The notes under the pieces are model-generated. The model saw only the letters and a list, made by a program, of their open reading frames with translations, searched no databases and was not told where the DNA came from. Source: Albugo candida (lineage: Eukaryota). Taken from it: a stretch of DNA of 64,000 nucleotides. This document shows positions 15,901-27,918 of this stretch, in pieces. The stretch covers positions 744,001 through 808,000 of the forward strand of contig JBDOQK010000002.1 in NCBI GenBank assembly GCA_040437565.1, written 5' to 3'. Within the stretch, counting starts at the first letter, position 1. Each line of letters opens with the position of its first letter. The position numbers and the translations under genes were made by a program.

Positions 15901-18900
15901 AGATTCTCTCCGCGTGTGAAAATCACTGCAGAATTCTGATTTTCCGGTTTTCCTTCGCCGAGAATTGGATTTCCAGGCAATCGTACGCGATACACTTCTT
16001 CAACACATCCGAGTTCATGGCCGCCTTTTATCAAAACGGCAAAATACGATTGTTCTCTTTGATAATTCACACGAATTTCATCAATGTACGCGACACGGAG
16101 ATTCGGAAATCGTTGTAAGAGGAATTCGATATCGCGCGCTTTGGGGTCATTGTTGCGTTTCTGACGGCCGTAAATCTGACAAGCGACCACATATGTGAAT
16201 TTCGTCTTGACAAGATCTTCGATGTGCTGCACTGGAACTTGCTCGATCTCCGCCAAAAGCCGGATCGCAGCCTCGCCGTACATCAATCCCTGGACAGTTC
16301 GACACAGTGTCTGACCGCGCAACGACGCCCATAGACGAAGTTCCATCGCTGTTTGCGGATCCTTCCACCAATTCTTTTGAGGTTTGACACGCTCTAAAAA
16401 GTTTTCCCAATCGCGTTTGTATAGCGTCTGTAGAAAGAGAAGCGTATGGACATCCAATCCATCACGCTTACTCTCTAAATCTTTGCGAGAATACAACACA
16501 TCTTCTCCATAAAACGGAGTGATCACGGACCATGACTTTGCTTCGGCTAAAAGCGGTGCTAGCGGCATGTCCATAAACAGCGAATTCACAAAGAAGAGAA
16601 GCCGACGACGTGCGTCATACGATCGAGGCTCCGCATCAATTTTCTGCAACGTCAATAACGCATGCAAATGCTGGAGAATCGTGCTCGAATGACGCTCAAA
16701 TGTAAGCAGAGTGATTTGCTCCCCGGTATAGTCGTCATCCCACATAAACCCTCGTTCTTGTGTAAGTATCCACGTCAATCGATCGGAAATGCCTCGACTT
16801 TCAATGAAAAGCGGATCAGTCTCTGGCAAATGTGTCAGCATGTTTTTGAATACGTTTAGAAAGAGTCGTAATTTGTCTCGAACTTGCATGATGTGTGCAC
16901 TTGGAATCACATGATCGCCTTTGCTCTTTGCGTCTTTCGATTTCGCTAAATGTTGCATCGCTGCAATCCGAGCGACACCAGACCCACGACTTCGACGAGG
17001 AACTGTTCCTCCAAGCGATGATAAGCCTGTTGTACTGGCAGATTTCGTCATTCCCACCGATACGCGCGTAGTGAGACCAAGAGAAGCTGCTGGAAACTGA
17101 TACGAAGAGTACTCTGCCGGACTCTTACGCACTGGAATGTATTTGGCATTGCTCTTCCATGACCCGAGATTCCCCATAATCAATAAAAGCAAATCCGTCA
17201 ATGCGTGGCCACAATCATCCACTTTACGCAAATCCATCGCTCGAAAGAGTCCACGTTGCGCCCAAAGACTCAGTGTGCTTGTGATATGACGCACATCGTT
17301 CGAGTGACACGGTCCCAGCACATTGACGAGAACCCAATGTGTGAGCTCCCAAATCTCTTCCAATGCTTCTTCGATCATCGGATGTTGACAGAGAATCTGA
17401 AGCATTTTGTCCTGCAAAGCTCTTTCGGTGACGTTGTTGTCGGACGCGAAAATATCAGAGAGCTTGGAATTGAACACTTCAAAGCAGCCAGCGAGCTGAA
17501 ATTGCGGTAGATAGATTTCTCGCTGGTATCCTTCCACCCGTTGAAATCTCAGTAATGTTTTCTCCTGATTGCAAATGAGATCGTCGGCACGCATACTTTC
17601 GATAATGCTGTCCCATGCGACCGAAAACGAGAACCATTTCTGTCGACGACGCAATTTCACTTCATCGGCTGTTTGTTTGCGTCGTGAAAATGATAAAAGC
17701 GGTGTTTCATCGCTCGCCGAAGATGTTTTGTAATACTGAGACGACGAACTCGCAGTGTCGGAAATCTGATCCAACACCTCATTTCCAACGGACCCGTACA
17801 CATTCGACATACTCTCTGTGATTTTCTGCCCGGTTTTTGACTTGGATGCAATCAATTTCGAGTTGAATGCATCGGCTGCTCGACCAAATGCCGCACGTAA
17901 GCGATGAAAACTTCGAATTTCTCCAATGTGAGACGCAAATCCCACAAATGTTCCAGTGCATGCAGCCCACAGTGAGCTCCAAATGGTGAGATCGACACAG
18001 TACACCAGAAAAAACGGAAACCATTGAATCACAATTAAGAACGCTGTTGTCACCGCACTGACATCATATTCGATCTGATCGCGATACAAAAGGTACGAAG
18101 GGACCACCAGTGGACGTATTTCAAATTGATAGCTGAAGATGAGCTTCCATATCACTAGAGTGAGCCAGTACATCTGATAGCCGATACTCAGATGCGCAGG
18201 ATCCAGCACATTATCGCCCACATACAAGCGATTCATTGGGTTCAGAAAGTCTCGGATGGAAGCTACAGGCTTGCATTGGGTCCGTCGAATCCAATTATTG
18301 GCATCGGGAATGACTTGTAAGATGGCATTCATGATCCCTGGAAGGTGGAGTGTGGTAGCGACGACGTAATACAGTGTCCACGAGGTGCCATCTTTACTCC
18401 AAGCGTTCCAATACAGAGCCAATGTGACGACTGTGATGATCAAATAGTACACAGTCCACACGACATCGCGTAAGAGCGGTCGTACTCCAGTTACCGGATT
18501 GTATATGGCCACAACATCCATTCCGCTTTTGATGATTGAGAGAAAGAATCGCATAATAAGAGCACTTGAGCAAAGTCTTACGATCGTATGAATTGGATGC
18601 TCCATTTCGACTCCAAACGCTAACGCCGCAAGGAAATGAAATGTGACCACTTTGAATGCAAAGATACGATAAAACGCTCGAAGTGATGCAAGCCACGTCC
18701 TTTTCTCCAAAAACGTCTTTGGATGTGCGGCGATCGCTTCCGCGACACTGAGATTTCCACCACGAAAGGAAGGAGCATGCGCGATACCCATTTGATGAGG
18801 TCCGTCGTATGGACCTGATGGTCTTCCGGATGTCTTATCGTGTCCGAAAGAGTTTGATCCGCCAAATAATAACGCGGAATTTGGTGAGAAGACCTCATTC

Positions 18901-21566
18901 ACTTTTTCGTATTTGTAGTCGTAATTCAAACACTCTTTCTGCCAAAAGAATTCATTGAAATCGTCATAATTCTGTCGATATTGATGATCGTAATTCGAGC
19001 CGAGTTGTGTCTTGAGCAGCAAATACACTGGAGTAATCACAGTGTCGAGAAAGTGGCCAGGATCACGTCGACTTGAGCGATTGGAACAGTATTCAGCCTT
19101 CATTTTATGATACAAAAAACAGAGATATTCCGGACAATGGCGAAGATTGCTTGCTTCACCCCAAATGAACAGGTACAGGCACAGATCGATATTCATCTCA
19201 TCCAACGCGGTCCATTCGGACGGACTTGTTGTATCGATCGTCCAGTTGTTGCACGGGATCTTGAGCTTATGACACCACTTCTTGTAATTGCTAAACATAC
19301 GATCGTGAACCACGCGGTAGCTGTTTTGTCCATTTCGTGAGCAATTTGTCAGTAGCATAACCAAATGTTCCGTCTGATTGCGAAGATTATCTGTTTGGAA
19401 TCCAAAGTGTTTTTGAACGGATACGGCGTGGTTGAATACAGTGCTGTATGGCTGCATGTGCGCTGGTAACTCGGAAGGTGCAAAGAAATTCGCTCTCTCC
19501 ACTGATGTATCATCCGGACGCCACGATCGAGCAGCAGAGCTGGCAGAGATCGAGTGGATGGATCCATCCTTCTTCCCATTCAAGTCGTTGTTTTTCCCGG
19601 GTTCATTGTATCCAAGCCGTCTCAATTGTCGCGAAGTAATACAATGGAACACCACCGCTCCGGTGAATGAGATCATCAAAGCAGAGTACAGGATGTAGCA
19701 GTCTTTCGTGTGCATGTCGACGGTGCTGTAGCCCACACCACCCAGGATATGTCCGGTCATTTGCAGCAAATATCGCCAGTATTTGTCATCCCCAAACCAA
19801 TACGACGCAGATGCTATGAGATTCAGTGCACCAAGAAACGAGGTCGTTACAATGAGACTCAAGTCGGCGATCAAAGGTACGAATTCAATGAGAAATCCAA
19901 CGAAGAAAAAAATTCCACAAATGATTCTGACGATCGTCACATTCACAAAGGGACCCGAAAGAATTCCCACATAGAATCCGCTCATAGCACCAAGCGCTCC
20001 CACTGGAATGATCGCTGCTAATGCACCAAACACCACACCGCAGAGACAAGCCAAAGTCGTGTGAATCCATGCAAATTGCTCCAATTCCTCGACACTGAAG
20101 ATTGCATGACAAGAAACAGCCAGGAATAAAGTAGCAGAGTAGAATGTCACCCAAGAAGAGAATTTCGAGCCCCAGATCATTACGAAAAGACTCATAAGTA
20201 ACGTGATTGCCGCAAATAAGCTGGTGAGGCCATATACGACGTTGAGGGATGCGTACCAGGGAAGACCGTACTCTACTGGATGCAAGTGGATCCATTCTTG
20301 ACTCGGGAAAAGCTCAGGATCGCATCCAATGGACGTATATTCATTCACTGGGCCCTGGTACACACGAACGTAATCGATTGTAAAGTTGGAAGGCCAAATA
20401 GAGTCACAGATTTGACCCTCACAGGGAGGAGAGAATTTCTCTGATACAGCTGTACTGAGAATGATGTAACTAGGCTCTACAGGAATTTGACGAGGAGGGA
20501 TTCCATCGACCCATTGGTTGAGTGCTTCGCCTGGAATTTCAAATACAAACACATTATCAAGCCACCAACGTAGGTACCCATGCGGTCCCGGCATCCAGTC
20601 TAATTGATACAGATGAAAGCTATTGAACGAATTGGACTCGAGCTGGGTAACAGCTGAGATAGAATCGAGCCCCATTTCTCCGTAATAATCGCTGTTGATG
20701 CGCGTAAAATTACCAAATTTGAGGTCTTCGTACCATTGACCGGGTCCCGGTAATGTTTCCGAGGCTGGACGGCGATTTGGAAATAATGCAGGACGGATTT
20801 GTAATGACGTTGAAATAAATGCTGGTGTGTCCCGTAATTTAATTTGAGCTTCCATGATATCAATTTCAGTCGAGCCGCGTCCTTGGAAAGGATTCAAACC
20901 GTAATTTTCAGGGTAGGAATTTTTCACGTGTTTATCGGTTTTATTACCACAAGCATTTATTTTCTGATGTATTTTTTCACCATTTTCTACCCACCACGAA
21001 CACGCATCAAACGACCATGGCCACGTTCCAGCTTGAGATCCCAAGTACGTTGCGCGTCCGAGATTGCCCATAAGCCAAATTGCGGGCCATGTGCCAGGAA
21101 TGCCCCACTTACCAGGCAGAATAGCTCGTACTTCCACAAAACCGCCCGTGAAACAGAATTTGTTCCATGTTTGCACGCTACCACTCACATAACGTGCTCC
21201 TTTGTATCGCTTCTTTGGCTTGGATGACGTGATGACCAAATTGCCTTTGTCCACTTGAACAGCTTGCGGTAAGAAGTAATGCTGCCCCATGTTCGTGACA
21301 TCGCGATGATCGATTGCGGTCCATTTAGAATCGTACCCGGATTCAAAGATGCGGTTTGATACGTTAAATTCGTCCGAGAAAATGAGGCGGTACGTGGTGT
21401 TGGTTCCGGTGTAAATGGAGTGATTTCCATTGGGGATGTCTTTTGTGTACTGGTCTTTTGGTGTACAAGGATCGATCCACTGGCTGTTATTGTGAATACT
21501 TGTTTTCACATGTGGAAACGCACATAGTGTAGGAAGCAGTGCGAGTAGCACGCCCAGCACTACCAT
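12998..21566 (-). CDS. Fusion protein: signal peptide + KRE6/SKN1-like GH16 + TMEM198/DUF4203-like TM module + FKS1-type 1,3-beta-glucan synthase (GT48); ~2588 aa after removing the gap duplication
   Basis: GH16: LIFSDEFN, SGSVQTWNKFCFTGG, WPAIWLMGNLGRA, GRGSTEIDIMEA, IDYVRVYQ. FKS1 domain 1: LYLFIWGEASNLRHCPEYLCFLYH, NYDDFNEFFW. GT48: ARRRLLFFVNSL, LRLWASLRGQTL, GEGKPENQN, QTIDMNQD, RLHYGHPD, SKASKGVNLSEDIFAG. Introns at 14107-14163 and 13748-13809; stop at 12998. Confidence 0.92.
14226..15491. repeat. 583-bp duplication (14226-14808 = 14909-15491) around N gap; likely assembly artefact inside the glucan synthase gene
   Basis: The same sequence lies on both sides of the gap; merging the copies restores one open frame. 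Confidence 0.95.
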
Positions 21567-21612
21567 ATTATGTACAATATGGATTGGTCAAGATTGCAAG
21601 TAAAGCGAGGAA

Positions 21613-21630
21613 CGCAACTCAAAAGTGAGC
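21613..21630 (-). promoter_or_regulatory. Candidate oomycete initiator/FPR core promoter element for the glucan synthase fusion
   Basis: The minus strand reads GCTCACTTTTGAGTTGCG 47-64 nt upstream of the ATG, resembling the oomycete GCTCATTYY...TTGC element. Confidence 0.45.
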
Positions 21631-22027
21631 ACTATGGAATGTAAGTGTTTTGAGTTGTGAGGAATTAGGAGGAGTGAATGAATGGTCGAGTTGCTATCAA
21701 AGGTTCTTTCGAATCTATTCGATCTTGTCACCACTCAAACCTCAAGATCGTTTTACATGGGCCAGTCTTGCGGGTTCATATAGTCGCGTGAACCGACATC
21801 ACTTACCATACAAACAAGTCTATAAAAGACCTTGATAGGCCAAAACACATTACTGATTAGGAAGAACCCACTCACAAAACCTGATTCGAATTTTTATTGC
21901 AATCTTTTTCTTCTTTTTTGTTATACTATAATCATTCCAAAATCATATCATGCTGTTATCACATCGACACGTTTCATATAACATATCATTCGGATCACCA
22001 ACCGTTTGTATCTGATTCGTATTCAGA

Positions 22028-24279
22028 ATGTCACTACTTCGATCCCTATCATCGAAATTCCGTCATTGCGTCCATCGACCTCCTGCGTCCATCACCAAGC
22101 ATGCAATCACTACACAGTACCGTACATTCAGCAGCAAGACGATCCGAAATCTGGCCATTGTCGCCCATGTCGATCACGGGAAAACCACTCTAGTCGATCA
22201 ATTGCTCAAGCAAGGCGGTAACATGCTACTCGAAGAGCGAGTGATGGATTCAATCGAATTGGAGCGAGAACGTGGAATCACCATCATGTCAAAATGTACT
22301 CGTATCGAGTATGAAGGACACGTTCTCAATATCGTCGACACACCGGGCCACGCAGATTTCGGAGGTGAGGTCGAGCGCATATTGAGTATGGTCGACGGCG
22401 TTGTATTGGTTGTGGATGCTACCGAAGGTCCAATGTCCCAAACCAAATTCGTACTGTCAAAAGCGCTGCAACGAGGTCTTAAACCGCTCGTTGTTATCAA
22501 TAAAGTTGACCGAGAAACAAGTCGATTGAATGGTGATGTCGAGAATGAGCTTTTCGATATGTTTATGGCACTGGAAGCAAATGACGAACAGCTTGAATTT
22601 CCAATCATCTATGCATCTGCAAGGCAAGGGTGGGCTGTTAGAGAAGTCGATAGTACGAAAGAAAAAAGAGAGAGTATGAAGGTACTTCTCGACGAAATCA
22701 TCGCATACGTCCCCCCACCAACGGCTGACCCCAACGCTCCTTTTGCGATGTCGGTCACAATGATCGGGTACGTAACGATTGAGCGAGTCGAGCAATGCCT
22801 TTCCTCATAACGTCGACTGTATTAGTCACGATCCATACGTTGGTCGTCTTGTTACAGGTCGTATTTACGGCGGGGCTGTCAAGGTGAGCGGGTCCATCGA
22901 TATAAGAATTTGTGTTCTCACACCAACGAAATAGATTGGTGATTCCATCCAAGTAATCAATCGAGACGATAAACGATTAGAAACAGGAAAAGTGACAAAG
23001 CTATTTGTGACAAGAGGTGTATCCAAGTCAGAAGTTCAGCATGCAAGCGCAGGTACAGATGAACGTACATTGAGTGAGAATTCTGTGATTGACAGAATAT
23101 CGTAGGTGATATCGTCACTCTCGCTGGTGTGAATGCATTCGTGTCCGACACCGTGTGTAATCCGAGCGTTAACGAGTCAATCCCTACTCCAAAGCTTGAT
23201 CCGCCGACAATTTCCATGACATTTGGTGTGAACGATTCGCCTATCGCCGGACAGGATGGAAAATATCTCACGTCGTCACACATCAAAGATCGACTGACAC
23301 GAGAAACGGAGGTACCTGAGTAACAGATTGATATCATACTTGCTGGATATCATCGGTTGACTCAAATGTAGAATAACGTGGCCATATCGATCTCTAAAAG
23401 CGATTCCTCAGAAGCGTTTGACGTTCATGGTCGAGGAGAGCTCCAACTAGCAATTCTTATTGAGGAAATGCGTCGTGAAGGATTTGAAATGTGTGTTTCT
23501 GCTCCTCGAGTCCTTTTCAAACAGTGCCCGGATACAAAGCAAAAGTTGGAACCGATCGAAGAAGTAACTATCGACGTTGATGAGGAGTATTCAGGCACTG
23601 TGATTGATAAGCTCTCCACTCGTGGAGGTGCCATGATCGACTTTAAACCGATTCAGGACAAAGTCCGGTTACAGTTCAAAATCCCAAGTCGTTGCCTGAT
23701 GGGATATCGAAGCGAAGTCAAAACCGATACCAGAGGAAGTGGTATTCTTCACTCCATTTTTCATGGGTACGAGCCGTATCAAGGCTCTGTTTCTCCGCCC
23801 ACAAAAGGCAAACTGATCTCGTCCGCGAAAGGAACGACCACCGTAAGTGATCTCTTCGCTGATTGTCAGACTCATTGATATATAATCTCTCTCTATTAGT
23901 CGTATGCTCTCAATACATTACAAGACCGAGGCGAATTGTTTATCAGGCCTGGCGATGAAGTATACGGTGGTATGATTGTCGGAGAACATAATCGACCACA
24001 AGATATCGAAGTGAACCCAACCAAAGAGAAGAAATTGACCAATATGCGTGCAGCCGGAACAGTAGGCTTTTTATCGTCGACAGTGATCACTGACGCATAA
24101 CAGATATCTTTTTGTAGGATGAAAATATTCAATTATCACCGTCCCGTATCATGGCGCTAGAGGATGTAGTTACTTATATTGCTGAAGACGAGATGATCGA
24201 TATCACACCCAAGCAAATTCGCATTCGAAAACGAGCGCTGACAGCTTCTGCAAGAAAACGCTCACAAGGGAAACACTAG
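22028..24279 (+). CDS. typA: TypA/BipA translational GTPase with mitochondrial-type presequence, multi-exon
   Basis: [83 protein letters not shown]. The N-terminal ~38 aa are Arg/Ser-rich with no acidic residues. Stop TAG at 24277-24279. Confidence 0.93.
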
Positions 24280-24586
24280 AAATGGGGTACAAGACATCTC
24301 GTACATCAGATTGCACGACATTATGTCGAAAAAACAATTTATGTTCGGCCACTTGCATCGGAGAACCGACTGGACGTCTCAAGTACATACATGTCGAGTG
24401 GTTTTCCACGCAATTGCCATCATTTTGTATAAATTCTAATCTTAGACGTCCCTGCTATTAAACTTTTAGCACGTTTATAGGAATGATATCACTGCTTTTC
24501 TATTGAGATCATTGTATAGATAGAATTATGAGGATCACGGTACACCATCGAGCAGCGATTGGCTTGAGAGATTTTGACACATCAAA

Positions 24587-27500
24587 ATGGCGGATAACGG
24601 CCTCGATTTGTTCAAAGCGTTTGAGGCGACAGAAACGCTAAGCAATGAAGAGCAATTACAGCACATAAGTTCCTTGCATGAAGAAGGTTCTATATCCACA
24701 AAACGCAAGCAATCACCCGATACAGCGCTTACTGAGCCCGACAAAGTCACAACGAAAAAAACACGTCTGTCAGAATCGGTGGAGCACAAACTCGAAACAT
24801 CGCTCAGTGAACCTTCAAACGACAATACTTCGGAACTTCCTCTCTCCACTGCTGTTCGTATTGTTAAGGGAAAATTTATTGACGAAAGACCTGAAGCAGA
24901 GACGGAGAGAAATGCGCCTACCCAATCGACTGATCCATCGCATTGTGTGGCTACAGGCACACAGCATAAAAACCTTATCTCCTACTCGGTGTATCCTCCC
25001 GATTTCGTTCCTGAAAAGGCAGAGTTAACCAGCAAGGAGACAAAGCCACCAGCCAAAGAATATCCCTTCCAGTTGGATCCGTTTCAACAAGCCGCAGTAG
25101 ACTTTATTGAAATTAATGAATCAGTTCTCGTTTCTGCCCATACTTCGGCTGGGAAGACTGCAGTTGCTGAGTATGCTATTGCCAAATCATTGCGTGATAA
25201 ACAGCGCGTCATCTACACTTCACCGATTAAAGCTCTCAGTAATCAAAAGTATCGTGATTTGGAACAAGAATTCAGTGATGTTGGACTAATGACTGGTGAT
25301 GTCACCATCAACCCATCGGCCACTTGCCTCATTATGACGACAGAGATCTTACGAAGTATGCTCTATCGTGGTTCTGAGATAATGCGAGAAGTAGCTTGGG
25401 TAATTTATGATGAGATTCATTATATGCGTGATAAGGAACGAGGCGTTGTGTGGGAAGAAAGTATTATTCTTTTACCACACAAAGTCCGCTTTGTATTTCT
25501 TTCTGCTACAATTCCAAATTCCAAAGAATTTGCAGCTTGGATATGCTACATCCATCATCAGCCGTGTCATGTTGTGTACACTGATTATCGACCGACCCCA
25601 TTGCAACATTACGTGTTTCCTGCCGGAGGGAACGGACTTCATTTGGTTGTGGACGAGAAGGGAAAATTCCGTGAAGATAACTTTCAAAAAGCGATTGCAA
25701 CACTGACCAATTGTGTGAATCAGGACACGGAATCCATTGATATGACAACATCTGGCGGTCCACGACGTAAACGAGGCAAGACTGGAGGTATGAGTGCAAA
25801 GAAGAAAGTTGGCTCGGATGTGTATCGTATCGTGAAACTGATCATGGAACGACAGTATGATCCTGTGATTGTATTCTCATTCAGTAAGCGTGAGTGTGAA
25901 GCGTACGCGTTGCTTATGGCCAAACTCGATTTCAATTCCGACGAAGAGAAGGAAATGGTCGAACAAGTCTTTCGAAACGCGATTGACTCGTTATCCGATG
26001 ATGACAAAACACTGCCTCAGGTCGATGCGATTCTCCCCCTTTTACGGCGTGGTATTGGCATTCATCATGGTGGCTTGCTTCCCATCTTAAAAGAAGTCAT
26101 CGAAATCATGTTTGGCGAAGGTTTGTTAAAGTGTTTATTCGCAACAGAGACATTTTCTATGGGTCTCAATATGCCCGCGAAAACAGTTGTATTCACAAAT
26201 TGTCGCAAGTACGATGGCAAAGACTTTCGTTGGATCACATCTGGCGAATACATCCAAATGTCGGGGCGTGCAGGTCGAAGATCAGTGGATAGTCGTGGTA
26301 TTGTAATACAAATGCTCAGTGAGCAAATGGAACCGCATGTCGCCAAAGGGATTTTGTACGGTCAAGCCGACCCGCTGTACAGCGCATTTCATCTCGGCTA
26401 CAACATGCTGCTGAATCTATTGCGTGTGGAAGATGCAAATCCCGAGTATATGATCAAGCAATCATTTCATCAATTTCAAAGCGAGCAAGCCGCTCCAGCA
26501 TTACAAGAAGCCGTGGAACGTATACGATCCGAGAAAGATCAGATTCGAATCAAAGATGAAGCTGACGTAGCAGAATATTATTTCCTCTCGAAATCCGTCA
26601 TCAAATTGAAGGAGCGATTTCTTGCTATTCGGAATGAACCAGATCATCTCGTACGCTTCTTGAACGGTGGACGATTGATCAAACTCTATAGCAAGCCTGG
26701 AAGCAGCAATTCGGGTCCAGATGCCGAGGATGAACAATGGGATTGGGGCGTTATTGTCAATTTCACAACCAAGGTCGCGAAAGATGCGACATTGGCTCGA
26801 CCAGATGTCACCGTACACGTTCTTTTGCATTGTCAGAATCCAGAGTCGTCAAAAACGCATGATGGGGGGCTGCCCCGACCGGCGCCATTGGGCACTCTTG
26901 GGGCTACATCTTCCAAATACGAAATGAAAATTTGTCCGGTTCCTTTGGGTCTTGTTGACAGTATTTCATCGTTGCGAGTTTTCATTCCCAAAGATCTGCG
27001 AACTGTTGAAAGTCGCCTTTCAATCGGCAAATCCGTAAAAGAAGTGCTTCGGCGATTCCCCGAAGGACCTCCATTGCTGGACCCGATCGAAGATTTAGCC
27101 ATCGAAAATGAAGAATTTACTCAGATCATCAAACAGCTCAGCGAGACGGAAGAGAAAATCAAATGCACAGGTTTTCATCACGCTAAAGACAAATTGACTC
27201 GGTTTGCGTTGTACAATCACAAGATGGAATGTGAAGCGAAAATCCGAGAGCTCGAACGACAAATTCGAGATTCCAAGTCGCCAGTGTTGCGGGATGATTT
27301 ACGTCGAAGACGTCGAGTGCTGCGTAGGTTGGAATTTGTGGCGAAGGACGGCGTTATTCAGCGCAAGGGAAGAACAGCTTGTGAGGTTTCGACCGCTGAT
27401 GAGCTGTTAGTGACAGAAATGATGTTCAATGGAGTTTTCAATGAGCTCTCAGTGAAGGAGATTGTCGCGTTACTTAGCTGTTTGATCAATACGGAAAAGG

Positions 27501-27880
27501 TCAAAGAAGGCCAAAAGCCACCAACAACCACGCTCGAAGCACCAGTTCGCCAGCTTCGTGAGACTGCTCGACGAATCGCGACCATCATGCAAGATGCCAA
27601 GATCAGCATCAACGTGGAAGAATACGTGGAATCCTTCAGCACGACTCTAGTGGACGTCATGATCGCTTGGTGTGAAGGAGCCAAATTCTCGCAAATATGT
27701 AAGATGACAGACATGTTTGAAGGCTCTGTGATCCGGTCCATTCGTCGTCTGGAAGAGCTGCTGCGGCAATTGACTGTTGCAGCACACACAATTGGAGATG
27801 TCGAATTCGAAAAGAAATTCGAAGAAGGATGCCGGAAAATCAAACGTGATATTGTGTTCGCTGCATCTCTCTACCTGTAG
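24587..27880 (+). CDS. MTR4: Exosome RNA helicase MTR4 (SKIV2L2/Dob1), intronless
   Basis: SAHTSAGKT, YTSPIKALSNQKYR, DEIHYMRDKERGVVWEE, FLSATIPN, YIQMSGRAGRR, arch/KOW insert and C-terminal IKRDIVFAASLYL. Confidence 0.96.
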   Translation: MADNGLDLFKAFEATETLSNEEQLQHISSLHEEGSISTKRKQSPDTALTEPDKVTTKKTRLSESVEHKLETSLSEPSNDNTSELPLSTAVRIVKGKFIDERPEAETERNAPTQSTDPSHCVATGTQHKNLISYSVYPPDFVPEKAELTSKETKPPAKEYPFQLDPFQQAAVDFIEINESVLVSAHTSAGKTAVAEYAIAKSLRDKQRVIYTSPIKALSNQKYRDLEQEFSDVGLMTGDVTINPSATCLIMTTEILRSMLYRGSEIMREVAWVIYDEIHYMRDKERGVVWEESIILLPHKVRFVFLSATIPNSKEFAAWICYIHHQPCHVVYTDYRPTPLQHYVFPAGGNGLHLVVDEKGKFREDNFQKAIATLTNCVNQDTESIDMTTSGGPRRKRGKTGGMSAKKKVGSDVYRIVKLIMERQYDPVIVFSFSKRECEAYALLMAKLDFNSDEEKEMVEQVFRNAIDSLSDDDKTLPQVDAILPLLRRGIGIHHGGLLPILKEVIEIMFGEGLLKCLFATETFSMGLNMPAKTVVFTNCRKYDGKDFRWITSGEYIQMSGRAGRRSVDSRGIVIQMLSEQMEPHVAKGILYGQADPLYSAFHLGYNMLLNLLRVEDANPEYMIKQSFHQFQSEQAAPALQEAVERIRSEKDQIRIKDEADVAEYYFLSKSVIKLKERFLAIRNEPDHLVRFLNGGRLIKLYSKPGSSNSGPDAEDEQWDWGVIVNFTTKVAKDATLARPDVTVHVLLHCQNPESSKTHDGGLPRPAPLGTLGATSSKYEMKICPVPLGLVDSISSLRVFIPKDLRTVESRLSIGKSVKEVLRRFPEGPPLLDPIEDLAIENEEFTQIIKQLSETEEKIKCTGFHHAKDKLTRFALYNHKMECEAKIRELERQIRDSKSPVLRDDLRRRRRVLRRLEFVAKDGVIQRKGRTACEVSTADELLVTEMMFNGVFNELSVKEIVALLSCLINTEKVKEGQKPPTTTLEAPVRQLRETARRIATIMQDAKISINVEEYVESFSTTLVDVMIAWCEGAKFSQICKMTDMFEGSVIRSIRRLEELLRQLTVAAHTIGDVEFEKKFEEGCRKIKRDIVFAASLYL

Positions 27881-27918
27881 CAGAAGTAATCGAGGCCCAG
27901 ACTCAATGACCTTGGGTA

